DNA of 46,255 nucleotides, counting the filler, from Jimgerdemannia flammicorona (Eukaryota): assembly GCA_003990765.1 (NCBI GenBank). It is 2 parts of 2 records of this genome, joined end to end, with 100 filler letters (N's around TTAATTAATTAA, not from the genome) between each part and the next. Parts side by side here need not be neighbours in the genome. Positions count along the whole stretch, not along the records: positions 1 to 23,084 come from RBNJ01001162.1; positions 23,185 to 46,255 come from RBNJ01001163.1. One strand, given 5' to 3'. Below, one piece after another: positions 21,100 to 33,600 of the stretch (the first letter of the stretch is position 1; the number at the start of each line of letters is the position of its first letter). The position numbers were made by a program, and so were the translations under genes. The notes under the pieces were generated by a model, which worked only from the letters and a program-made list of their open reading frames with translations, was not told the origin of the DNA and did no database searches.

Positions 21100-22162
21100 G
21101 GTGTGAGAAGAAGTATATCTTGAGGCGATTGATGTATACTGGTGTTCTCAAGGTTCATCCATCCATGCTTCTTAAATAAATGCTGGTTCTTCTGATGTTG
21201 TGTACAAGATAAGGTCCTTCCCGTTTTGGTTCCAGTTTGGTGGCAAAGTTTGTCTCAATCATGTTTCTCCAAACTAGGACTTGATCTCCAATCTTGATCT
21301 TCTGATCCTTCTGTTTTTGGTTATAGTACTTCTTTTGTCTTTCCTGGGCTTTGATAATCTGTCCTTGGGCTTGATTTTGTAATTGTTCTGCCTTCTTGAG
21401 GAGGTCTCCGAGATTCTCATGGTCAGCAGTTCTGGTTTTCTTAGCAAACATCATTTCGAATGGCTTTTGTTTGGTGGATGTGGCAGGGGTATTCCGAATT
21501 TCCCATAGGATCTCAGGGAGGCAGAGGTCCCAATTAGTAGGGTTGACTCAGGCAAGTCCTTTCTTGATGGTCTGGTTCATTCTTTCTGTCATGCTGTTGG
21601 TCTGGGAGTGGTATGATGTAGTCCTTTTGAGGTGGATCTTGTGAATTCAGGCATAACTTGTGATTATATTGTTGATGAATTCTGTGCCTCAGTCAGAGAT
21701 GAGTTCCTCTGGAGGTCCATATCTGAGTGTGAGTCTATGGAGGAGGCCTACAATGGTTAAGGCATCTGCGATTTCCATTGGGAAAGCCTCGGGCCACTTG
21801 GTCAGATGTTCTACAAATACAAGGATGTATTTGTTTCTTCTTGGTGTAACTGGTAGAGGTCCAATTATGTCTACTCTCTATCTTTGAAAGATGTGAGTGG
21901 GTGGGGGAATTGGTTGTAGAGGGGCTTGATAGTTCTTTTTTCCTTGGTACTTCTGGCAGATGTCACATTTCTGAATAATGTCTCGGACTTGAGTTCTGAG
22001 GTGGGGCCAATGTTGATATTGTTTTCGAATCCTATCTTCTATGCTTGTCTGTCCTTGGTGGGCTTTCTGATGTTCTTTTCGAATGAGATCTTCTTGTGCT
22101 TTGATAGTCTGAGGAGCTTCCTTTAGGGTGTAGTTCCTCGGGACACCCTTTATCTGATTCAT
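21083..22162 (-). pseudogene. Integrase of second element (disrupted)
   Basis: EHQKAH...CDICQ, DIIGPLP, YHSQTNSMTER, KLEPKREGPY. Its ATG overlaps the RNase H stop (ATGA). Confidence 0.9.
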
Positions 22163-23084
22163 TGGAGCTGGCAGGAAAGTACATCAACATTGTTGTGGGC
22201 TTTCCCTGCTTTGTGAATGATGGTGATTTTGTAATCCTGAAGGATAAGGATCTAGTGGGCTAAGATTCCAGCAGGTTCCTTGTGGTTGAATAGCCATTTG
22301 AGGGCTGCATGATCTGTGATCAGGGTGAACCTTTTTCCAATGAGGTAATGCTTGAACAGGGTAACTGCCCATATGACTGCAAGGTATTCCAGTTTGGTGC
22401 TGCCATAGTTCATCTGCTGCTGATTGGTAGCTCTACTTGCATAAGCTATCACATGGTGCTGTTGGTCAGGTCCTTCTTGGGACAGTACTGCTCCTAGGCC
22501 ATCTTTGGAAGCATCTGTATACAAGATGAATGGCTTCTGTAGATTGGGGCACACAAGAATTGGTGCTGTAGTCATGCAGTTCTTGAGTTCTCTGAAGGCT
22601 TTTTCCTGTGATTCTGTCCATTTGAATGGTACTCCTTTCTTGAGAAGGATTCGGATTGGGGCAGAAATTTGGGCAAAGTCTTTGATAAACCTTCTGTAGT
22701 AGGATACTAGCATCAAGAATGATAGTATTTCCTTTGGAGTCTTGGGTACTGGCCAATTGTTGATCTTCTCAGTTTTCTTTGGGTCTGCATGAGTTCCTTC
22801 TTTTGAGACCATGAATCCAAGGAATTTGAGTTTCTGTTTTCCAAAGTAGCATTTCTTTGCATTCAGTCTCAAGTGATTCTTGTGGGTGAGCTTGAAGAAT
22901 TCCTCCAGGTGGTGCAGGTGTTCTTCGAAATTTGCTGAATAGATGTTGGAATCATCTATGTATACAATCAGACAGTAGTGGATCAAGGGGGCATAGACTG
23001 AATTCATCATCCTCTGGAAGGTGGGGGGTGCATTGCAAAGTCCAAAGGGCATTCAGAGGTATTCAAACAGTTTTCCTAGAGCAA
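22159..23084 (-). pseudogene. pol: RT-RNase H of second element (partial)
   Basis: ORF 22252-23052 has RT and RNase H motifs; the C-terminus continues after a stop to ...DVLSCQLQ*. Confidence 0.93.
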
Positions 23085-23184
23085 NNNNNNNNNNNNNNNN
23101 NNNNNNNNNNNNNNNNNNNNNNNNNNNNTTAATTAATTAANNNNNNNNNNNNNNNNNNNNNNNNNNNNNNNNNNNNNNNNNNNN
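23085..23184. other. Assembly gap: 44 N + TTAATTAATTAA linker + 44 N
   Basis: A 100-bp artificial spacer with stops in all six frames. The flanks need not be adjacent in the genome. Confidence 0.95.
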
Positions 23185-25287
23185 AAAAAAAAAAAAAAAA
23201 AAAAAAAAGTAATATTATCAAAGATTTTGAGTGATCTAGATCAATCCAGATCAATTCAGATCAAATATGAGACCAATCTAAGTTGATTTGAATTTATTAT
23301 ATAATGAATTAGAATTAAATCTCATCTAGATAAATTAAATCTATTCAAAATACTAATGAGTATAATATTATATTTTTAAACAGATTAACTAACAACTTAT
23401 AGATATCTTATATAATTTGTATTATAGTAGTTTTTCTGACTTTAAACTACTGTACTATAGCTTATTGTATCTTACTGATTGCTAAAATCCAAATAGCAAT
23501 TATAAGCTAAGTTGGTAGAGAAATAGACAGTTTGTCAGAACTGAGACCAGAGTACTTGAGGTGAGATATAATTATACAGAATAAAAGATCAAATATAGAA
23601 TAGATGATCCTCATATACTTGCAGAACTATATATTAAATATAAAGAAGAGAATATTTTAGAACCAGATTATAGATTTCAATCTATCCAGTCTACAAAAGT
23701 TTGGAGATTAGTAAGAAATAGTAGTAACTATTATTGTCAAAAGTATAAGAGTATTTATTGATATTAGAAGTAGTATTAAGATAATAGCAAGTATGTAGTT
23801 TGCTGATATATTTTACATAGTGTTTTCTGGAAAGATATAGTATAGTTATATAGATTATATATTATTAATATTAATATTTTTGATATTTTTATATCTCTTC
23901 TTAGTTACTAGAAAATTTACAGATTTTATTCTAATATCTGATTATATCTATTGGATATTTTTAATTATATATATTTCTTTATATTAGATATAAATAATAA
24001 TATTATTAAAGCCAATTTTAATAAACAAGACTTCTGGAAACTAGTATATACTCTCTGACCATATATTTCTTAGCTCTCTGCAGAGGTAATTAGGCCAATA
24101 AGTAATGTCTTATACTTAGATAATTTGGTTATCAATATGTATACTTTAGTGAATATGAATATTAGTGCATTAATATCAGTATTATGGTTAAATTAATAGT
24201 AAGTCATTTTTATCATTAGAATGCTAACCTTCTGACTCAAACTTTGACTGCAGTCTTAAAAAATATTTATACAAACATCTTATAATATTGTTAAGAAAGA
24301 AATATAGCTTTTATTTAAAAAATAGATAAAATACATATTAAATATGAATAGAGATAAAGAATAATTAGTGACCATCATGTTCCGATAAATAAAAATAATA
24401 ATCTGACTAAATACAAGCTCAGTTGGTTACTTGCTCTATAATTATAAGTTGGTATAAGATTTGATAAATATAGTATCTTGATAGCTTATATAAAAGATCT
24501 ATGTATTCTCAGAAAATAGAGCTGACATAGATGCACTACATTTTATACAGTATTGCAAATCATATTCTTGGTGGGGTGTTGTGATATATGAAGATAATGC
24601 AAAAAAAAAAAAAAAAAAAAAAAACTGGTAATGACATCTTAACATACTCATAGATATATTACCAGAGTACTCTCAGATCATTGAAATTACAATTACAGGT
24701 TCTGTTCACCACTCCCACAATAATGAGCAATTAGATCGAATGACAGGATCAATAAAACTATTGGGAACATGCAATTGGAAAGTGGGCTCATAACCTGTTG
24801 TGAATATGGTTCTTGACACTGATTACTGATGACGTAAACTGAGACGTAAACATAAGCCACAAATAACAGTCTCGGTTCGAGCTTGGCAAAATTGTTAACA
24901 TGGACATGTTTTTAGACACCGTCCAATATCGCTAAACTCGGACTGTATGATTCTTGAAATAATCCAAGGGTCTGGGCTTGACGTGTCCAAATTAAGAACG
25001 TCCGCAAGCCAAGGAAGGCGCGCGAAAACATTATATTTTGTTCTTACGTAGTATTAGTTAACAAAGGAGTAGAAATAAGAGGGCTGGTGTAATTAATAAA
25101 GGGAGTTAATCATCTTATTGGAATAAGAGGGAATTGAGGCAAGAATTCGGGGGGACCAGGTCGGAAGGTCAACACTACACTGACTTCAAAGCAAGTCTGT
25201 GTTTCACGCGATGGGTTTGATTTTGGAAAAGCACGTGGCACCCATTTATTAAAGCAGTGTGTGGCTTGAACATCTCGCGTTTGCGCA

Positions 25288-26131
25288 ATGACCGACTGGA
25301 CCGCCATTCCCCTGGACATCGGCCATCACCACCATGACCCCCAAGGAGCCGCCATCCCCATCGATTCCAACGAGAACGGTACGTGACATAGTGGCAAGCT
25401 CATTCCTCACGTATGACGGACCGCTAGCTTATAATATTTGCATATAACGCGCCTTCATTCGAACAGATTCACTTCGTCACCAGCTAGACAATCTAAACTC
25501 GGTTCTCGATTCGTTGACAACGAGGTTATATGATGGCCAGGCGGAGTTGAGGAAAACGACACAGCTGGTATTAAGCTTTTACAAAAGCTAAATACTGATT
25601 TTCAGGCTCGCTTTACCTTTTTAACAGAGAATCCACTTCTCGACATTTGTACACACCAAATACACCACCACCTAGCTCCACGACAAATATCACATGCTCG
25701 CCGAATCACACTCTTTTCTCCGCTCCCTCTCCGCCACATTTTCCCTGAACCAAAATCACGATGCTATCTGGAACGACCGAGGCAAGAACCAGGGAAGGAA
25801 ACGCAAGAGACCAGACCCGTCCTGGCGACTTGTTCCGTTGTTACAAGCGTTGGAAGCTGGAAGGGGTGATGTGCAGGAGAACAGCGAAGAGGAAGAAGAA
25901 GAAGAAGGAGAAGAGAATCAGGAGGAAGAAACGGTGGATTTGAAGGTCGTTACAGCGGAGGTTTGGGATAGGGGAGAGTATGAGGACGTGCGGTGGGTGA
26001 GATTGCGTGTGAAGAATTGCGGGAGGTTCGTAGTGTTTTCACGTTTACATAAATTACGCTTCATTATGAACGGAAGGACTGTTTACTCTCTCGCCATCGT
26101 CATTTCTTTCCTTCGCCATCTTCGTCCACCC

Positions 26132-26180
<49 letters not shown>

Positions 26181-27457
26181 TCGTTGATTTGTCTCTTCTA
26201 ATTTTAATTTTTTTTTGTTCTGACGAAACACTGGTCGGTATCTGCAGCTACCCTCTCCACTCGCTTCATCTGTACCTTCACCATGCCGACCCACGACTCG
26301 CCCCACGCTGTTACCGCCACAACACAATACCTCATCTCCAACCAGGACAAGACGCAACCCTGACGGCATCGGTTGGACATTGCACGAGTGGAGAGAAGTC
26401 AATGGGTTTGATATGTCGGTATCGGTGTCGAGTGGAAGCAGGGGGTAGTGAGAATGCTGCGGTTGAGCAGCAGAGGGTCGAGGAGGAGGAAGGGGAGGCG
26501 GGAATATGGAAGAGTGCGGATGTGAAAGAGGTGGTATGGAGAGGCGGGGCAGAAGTGAAGAATGATATCGTGAGAGGAGATTGGAGAATTGGGTTGTCTC
26601 TGGGGCTGGTAGAGGGTGAGCAGTATGAACGCGAAATTTGTGTCGTCTGATAATCGACTCTTCGTGTAAATTTCTTCAAAAATATGTCTGTCGTAAGTAA
26701 CCACGTCCTACACTCTTATTATTCCATCGTAGATACCGAGGTTTTTCTGCCATCCTGCATCACAGCCACGGTCGTCCCGACGCGACCATTGCAGGCAAAC
26801 TCGCCCTCATCGTCTGCTCTTCCAAGCTCGTCGCCAATTGACACATCATCGGTTATCCCGTCCGTATTACGTCAGGATTTGAGGATGAGACAGGTTGAGG
26901 TTCGTATATTTTCGGAAGAGCGATTTTCTTGCACAACTAATTTTCCATGCTCTAAACTGCCAATCTACGATCTCCACGCACTTCAGGATCCACCATCTCA
27001 ATCCGGCGAATTTCCAGTCCACTCTTCCAACCCAACCTATCGCATCTTCGTCTCCTCCGACCAAACGCTCGTCATTGTCCTCTCCATCGCCATCCCGCCT
27101 TCCAATTCACCACACCATCCACCAAGGTACACCCTACTCCTCCGCGGACTTAACGACCGCCTCCTCGAACGATCGGTTGGCATACTTGCCCGTCGCCTGT
27201 CTGCAAACCATCTCCATATTACGATCGGCGCCCCTCCGTCGTCGGAACTCGATCTCCTAGGCCCCGACTCGGTGGGGACGATGGATGGGCTGAGGGAGTG
27301 GATCCTGGCGGTGCACGACCGAGCGGCGGACGAGGGGGCGACGGTGGTGGATGGGGATAGGGTCGCGCCAGCGCATAGGAGAGTCGGAAGGAGACAGGAT
27401 GTTTGTTTGGCGGCGGTGAGAGTTGGAGGCCGATTGATATCATCACGCTTTGATTGA
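25288..27457 (+). CDS. Multi-exon gene of unknown function (coiled-coil segment, acidic stretch, beta-rich region)
   Basis: In-phase exons 25288-25378, 25467-25567 and 25676-~26025 (MTDWTAIPLD...LRHQLDNLNSVLDSLTTRLYDGQAELRKTTQLLHDKYHMLAESHSFL...). Further exons lie at ~26248-26590, ~26733-26900 and ~26986 onward. The later junctions are uncertain. Confidence 0.6.
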
Positions 27458-27699
27458 CATTGTGCGCGGAGTGATCATTCGAGTTGAATTATTATAATAT
27501 GGTTTATTTGTCGAAAATGTGTGTGAATTTCCTGTGTCTCTTTTGAATATTACGTACAATGCCTAGCATTACAATAGTGATCTATACCTTAAACATGAAC
27601 CAAGACGATCACAATCCCAACCGCACCATCAATTCTCGGACTTTCGTCCATAATGACTCTACAAATGAAGCACAGCTTGGTTCTCCTCGCTTTCAGCGC

Positions 27700-28021
27700 C
27701 AGGCTCCTTCCCAATCTCCACATACTCACGTCATCAATGCCGAGCGCTTCTCGACGTCGTCAGCTCAGAGAGCCGCCGCTAATCCCAACTCATCCTACTC
27801 ACACAACTCGACATACCCTCGAGCTTGTGAGCTCTCTGAGCCTGATCGGAGAAGTATGTGGTCTCCCCGCGCTGAAAGACGAAGTCGAAGGTACCGTCCT
27901 CGAACGGTAGGCCCTAAGGCGTGTCGGCCTAGAGAAAGGTGTAGTTGGGCAGGGCCCATTGAACAGGCGAAAACGTTGGCGTTCGTATGAAGGTGGAGTT
28001 AGGGAACTCCTTGGCGAGCTT
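27700..28021 (-). pseudogene. Class I SAM-dependent methyltransferase (LaeA-like) relic
   Basis: After the acceptor at 28022 it reads KLAKEFPNSTFI...PNYTFL*ADTP*GLPFEDGTFDFVFQR, then, frameshifted, RGYVELCE. These are motifs typical of this fungal family. The 5' part is absent next to the LINE. Confidence 0.75.
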
Positions 28022-28164
28022 CTAGGAGATGGGATGAGAGGTGGAGATTGAGGATGTCATTGCAGAGTGCAATTGGTGGAGAGTGGAAAGGACAAAAATA
28101 CTTAAGATTAATATTATTATATAAAGAAGATCAGAAAATTAAAACACATACAACTCATTTAGAA

Positions 28165-30630
28165 CCCATAGGCACCCCAGTCTCTAAGAACCCCACTCTC
28201 CTGGAGACCTTTCACTCAATCCACATACTCACTCTATACAGCAGAGTAGTAACAGGAGCCCACTGTGACTGGCTCCCAACCTATATGTATCTACTCTCCC
28301 CAGACCAATCTATCCCCCCAGCTCCTCATATCCTGTATCTCCCCTCTGCTTTTCTGGACCAGAATCCCAACCTTGTCCTTCCAAACTGCCTCACCTCCCC
28401 ACTCTTTTATCCATTCCAGCCTATCCAAATCATCCTCACACCTAATATCCTGCAAGAGGAAGAGATCAGCCTCCAATCTCTTCAGCCAAGTAAAAATGTT
28501 CCTATATCAAGAAGTGCCTCATAACCCATTTATGTTCAAAGAAAAAATATTGATTGTACTATTCATAATGAAATATGGTGTGTTATCAAGACCATCTCTA
28601 CTGCTCCCTATTAATTTCTTTCTGCACCATATCCAGATTATATTCCATAGTTACCTCCTTCTCTTCAGCCCTCTGAGTCTCCAATCCAGCCAACAGCTCA
28701 CTCATCTCCCCATCTGCCTTCTCCTCAAACTCCTCCTGATACTCCAGGCAGACCTCCTGCCAGAACTGCAATCTATAATACTTAGTCCAGCAGTATGTAG
28801 CTCTCTCACCAGAAATATCTGTCAACTCTATCTTCTACTCCTTATTCACCTCATACCCTTTCTCCTTTAGATATACTGCAAGAATTTCCACCTTCAATGC
28901 CATTACTACTCCATCCCCTTACAGAATTTGTACCCAATACTCATTGCTCATTACTCTCAAGTTCACCTCCTCCAACTCTTCAGCCACCAGATTATTCATC
29001 ATTCTATATATCCAAAGTAGGTTCCCTATCTCCTTTCCTCCAGGAGTTGCCAGCCTCTCTCTATCCAGTATCATGGTGTCAGTCCTGGCACTTGCAGACT
29101 TATCCTATATCTCTGGGACATCCACTAGTTCCTCCTCTCTAACTGTCACCACTTGTCCTCCATTTGCTATCTCTGGAACTCCAAACTGCACTTGCTGGGC
29201 TCTCTATATTAGTACATCCTCTACTACTCTACTTCAAGAAGCCAGATCTCAAATGTACTATTAGCATATGGGTCCTTGCTAGTTACCTCCCTGTCCTCTC
29301 CTGTCCTCTTTTCTCCACTCCCACCACTCTTGTCAACCCAGATACTCACTTTGGCACCCTCTATCTCTACCATTCTGTCTATATCCCTCTGTAGTCTACT
29401 CTCTAGCTTAGCCAGCAGCTTTTTCTATCTCTTATATCTCTGAGCTCTTTTCTCACTGTACCTTATTCACTTGAATCTGCTTTCCATCCACCATCTCTAA
29501 GTATGTCAACTCCACAAAAGTCTTCCAAGTCTTCACCTGCCACTCCACAGTACTACTCAGCTCTTTCAGTACTTCTAATAAGTCCTCTTCCTTCTCCTTA
29601 CTCCTCTTTACCCTCATCACCTTGTATAAGATCACTACCCAGACCATTACTAAAGGCCAGTTCCTTGTCTTCCCAATAGCTTCCTTTTCTATCAGCTGAA
29701 TTCTCACATCAACATTCTCAGTTCTGAGCAAGGTCTCTTCTCAGACTCTGAATCTGATATCTATCATCTCTCCATACTCTGCCATAACCTCCTTGACTCT
29801 CCTTCTCATCTCCACCATCATCACTGTAAGCACTCCTTTTACCAGCAGTTATACTACTCTGGGATCCCATCTCAGGCAATATGTCATTGGAACACACACC
29901 TTCTCAACAGTCAATCCAACCTTCAGCACCTCATCTAAAGGTCTAGCCTCCTCAAAGCCCACCTCCACTCCCTCCAATCCCTTCAGAAACTTTACCAATA
30001 CTGCTCCAGCCACCTACTTAGCAATAAGTCTCAGCATCATTTTTGTCATCACTGATAGGCCTTGAAAGTATAGCATAATTGTGAATACTGAGATCAATTT
30101 TTTGAGTAATGGGCCACCACTAGGCCTATTACACTATCTGCCAAATCTCTCTGTCTTCTAAGCCCCAGCTATTCAGCTATACTATCAGCAATCACATCTG
30201 GATTTTTTTTCAGATTGGCAGTTCTGTCACTATCAGCTATCATACTCACCCCAGCTACTACACCCCCAGCTCCATTGCCCCTACTGCCAAGAGCTACTCT
30301 CCCATACACTATTGTCTTCTCCATTATCTTATCTTTCCTCAGTCATCCTTCCAGCCCAGACACCTGCTATCTCTCCTTCACCATCTTTACAAAGCTTGCT
30401 CTTCCAAACCTCTGTCCTCTACTACTGTCTCCTCTCCTTCTATATTCTCTCACCAGCAGCTCTCTCATTTCCCCCCCCCCCAGACAAGAGCCTCTCTCTA
30501 TATACTGCTAGTCAAATGTGCTTGGGCCACTCTGCCCAGTATATATCTCAGATTATCTGTTAGTTATCATATTACTAGTCTTTTTTCTCCAAAAACAATG
30601 TTGTAAGTACTTACTAGAGATTGTGTAACC
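28165..30630 (-). mobile_element. L1/Tx1-like LINE relic (ORF1 + start of APE), 3'-truncated
   Basis: Similar to 6300-8660 (ADLFLLQD...VGILV; EEDLLEVLKELS...VEW). Shares the 5' end motif. Confidence 0.8.
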
Positions 30631-33600
30631 CAAATAGTACTGGAGAAAGATGTCTGTTTTTGGAAGAGAACTATACCTCCCAACTCTCTGCATAAGGAGT
30701 ACCTACTTCTGGTCTCTTAACTTATTAGCTCACTTCAGTCACTATATCCTCAAGCAGTAAAGGTACTTGGTAAAGTCCATCAGATCTAGTCTTCTTCAAT
30801 CTACTAATAATGTCAATATCTCTCAGCTAATCTGACTCCACTATTCTACTCATATTGATGTCCTGGCTATCTTCAATAATCTCTTGACTACCTATACTAA
30901 AAAGTTCAAGTAATATCTCAGATACTATAACTTAAGCAGCTAATATACATTCAATACTATTATCCTATCTACCAGAGAGATATATTAGCTGCCCCACCTC
31001 AGGAGAATATCTCTCCACTCAATCAGCCACTACTCTTACCATTCCTGAGATAATAGAGAATCATATACTGTGAAGTAGATCTCCAGATATCTAACTGTCT
31101 CTTCTACTGAGACAACTGTTCCAATTACATTCTCTTCTATTATCTCTCTATCTAACACCAGGGTCTTGTACTTATGCCAGTTAAGCTTAGTATCTGAGTA
31201 CCTCTCATACTATTCCACTGCTCTCTTCAGTACTACTATATTCTCTACAGAGTCCAGCCCTATCACTAAATTATCAGCAAATGTCCCCACCTTTCAGTTC
31301 ACTTCCAGAATATTCAACCCCCCCACTCTATATCTTATTCTATCTAACAAAGGCTTCAGAGAGAAGGCATAAAGAATTGGTGATAGTGGATCTCTCTGTA
31401 GTACTCTTCTGCCCAGGAGAAATGACTCTCTCCTATATCTATTCACCAGAATAGCTACCTGACTTCCCTCCAACAGACTGATTAAAGATTGTCTAAAATC
31501 TGGAGAGATCTCTATATACTTCAGTACCCTCTCCAGTCATACTTATCAGACTCTGTCATAGGTCTTCTCTTGGTCCAGAAACACTAGCTAACCATCTACT
31601 TCTGTAGTCTATACTTCTTCAATAATATTATATATCTGTACTGTCTCATCTCTTATCAAATGACCCCTGATAAAGTTCTTCTGCTCAGTCTCTACTACTT
31701 GCTGAGCTACTCCTTGCAACCTAGCCACCAATATCTTTATAACCAACTTGTAATTTATATCCAGAAGCATGATCAGTCTCCAGTTCTTCTATTTCTCCCT
31801 TCTCTCTTTATTCTTATATAACAGAGCTATCAGCTCCAGATACTGTCCTCCAATCTAAGCCTCCAAGTCAATAACTTTATTATACATCTGCTTCATTTCC
31901 TCCAAAATCAATTCTATATCTACTATTCTCTTCTAGAAATATCAAGATAGACTATCCTCTCTAAGAGCTGTCCTGAGACTCATTATTACCAGCATCCTAC
32001 AGATCTCCTCCCCTTAGACAGATACTCTAAGTTTACCTAAGCCCTCTGTCAGATCTGAGTATAAATCCTCCAGATGCTATTCAATGTCCAGTGTATTCTC
32101 CCCACCCTTCTTCTTACTCTACAATTGTCTCTATTGAGAATCCAACTGGCTTAAGATCTCTGGAGTTCTGACTATCATTTCTCCTACCTCATTCAATACT
32201 TCTTTCCACTGCTACCTCACTCTCCTCACCTAAAGCAGTCTTGATAGAAACTTCATTGATCTCTCCTCCTCTTCTAAGCCCTGCTATTGCAGCTGGGCTA
32301 CTATGTTCTTTACCTGTAATTTCTCCTCTTGCCTCAGCAGCTCCTTCAGCTCCTCTACCTCTAGCTAGATCCACTAAAGCCTCCAATCTCCCTCCTCCCC
32401 ATTATTCTACAAATCAGCCTACTTCTTCAATAGCTTCTTCAACCTCTGGGAAGTCTACCTTAACTAACTCCTCCTCTGAGAACTCTGTTCTCTCCCTGCC
32501 TCTCTTTAGAACTATTGAGCATCTAATTTTAAATATCACTAGTGATCTCCAATCTCCAGCCCCTATACTCTCTAGCTAATAATTCTGGAACTAATGTCTA
32601 CTATCCATGCACTCTACAGAGAGAGCTTCTCCAGTAATAAGGTATTATTCAGACTCCTCCCCACTTCTTCTGAACCTTTTACAACTTAGCAGATCTTAGT
32701 GATCTGACCATAGATACCAAACTGTCTCCAAAGAACCCCTAACATCTGCTCTCCAGTACTCAGCAGTCAAGACCCAGTCAATTCTTGAACTCAGTCCTGC
32801 CACTCAGTAAGTATAGACTCTACAGTCTCTCTACCCAAGATGTCCAGCATTTATTAGTAAGCTCAGCCTTTCAATCTCCTCTCAGCCTTCTATATCTCTA
32901 CTCCTACTAGTCATTCCTCTCTCTCTATTAGTTCTGTTTAACTACTCATTCTTTATTATATTGAAGTCTCCTCTCAGACAGTCAATTCTCTCTACTATCA
33001 TAGTATCATAGTATCTCTTATAGTTCTCTTACTCACTCCATATACTCCCCTCCTTTCTGCTGGATAATAACAGGACTCAACAGTCAAGGGGCTCTGGCCT
33101 AGCCTCCTTCACACTCCCTACACCACCCTACCCCTCTAATATTCAATATACTTAATATTCCCCTTGCTCTTCTGAACCAGAATATCTACCTAATCCTACT
33201 AAACAGCCATACCTCTCCATTTTCTTATTCAGTCTAATATATCTAAGTCTTCATTACAACTAATATTCTACAGCAAGAATAGATCAGCATCTAGCCCCTT
33301 TAACTAGCTAAAGATATTCTGATATCTCACTATACTCCTTAATTAATATTCAAAGAAAAAATCCTAGTTGTACTATTTATATTGAATAATATTTAGAGAA
33401 AAATTGCCACTTTATAATTCTATACTTACTATGTCATCAGAATATCTAGATTTCTCTCTATCTCAAGCTCATCTGTCTCCTTCTACTGAGCATTCAATGC
33501 TTCTAAGATCTCTCAATAGTCCACACTATCTACTACTTCCATATTAGATCAATACTTCTTATATATTACCTACTACTTTGCCAACCCCTTCTAAAGGCCC

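Larger units (their letters stand above)
19074..23084 (-). mobile_element. Second Ty3/Gypsy element, 3' part (RT-RNase H-IN-accessory ORF-PPT-LTR), truncated by the scaffold gap
   Basis: MPFGLCNAP, VYIDD, YTDAS, CDICQ, KLEPKREGPY on the minus strand; PPT-like GTGGGGGCTGA before the LTR. Confidence 0.95.

Noticed and set aside
23129..23140. Palindromic TTAATTAATTAA between N runs
   Set aside because: Artificial scaffolding linker, not biological.
23185..24600. AT-rich tract (also 18595-19073 and 35360-36760) as a possible gene or TE
   Set aside because: Too decayed to assign any motif; probably old mutated repeats.
24826..24852. Hammerhead-like CTGATGA-CGT...ACG-TAAAC
   Set aside because: The core GAAA is TAAA, and no convincing stems I/III or cleavage triplet were found.
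26026..26247. Poly-Phe stretch in the 318-aa ORF
   Set aside because: Poly-T tract inside a probable intron, read through by the ORF caller.
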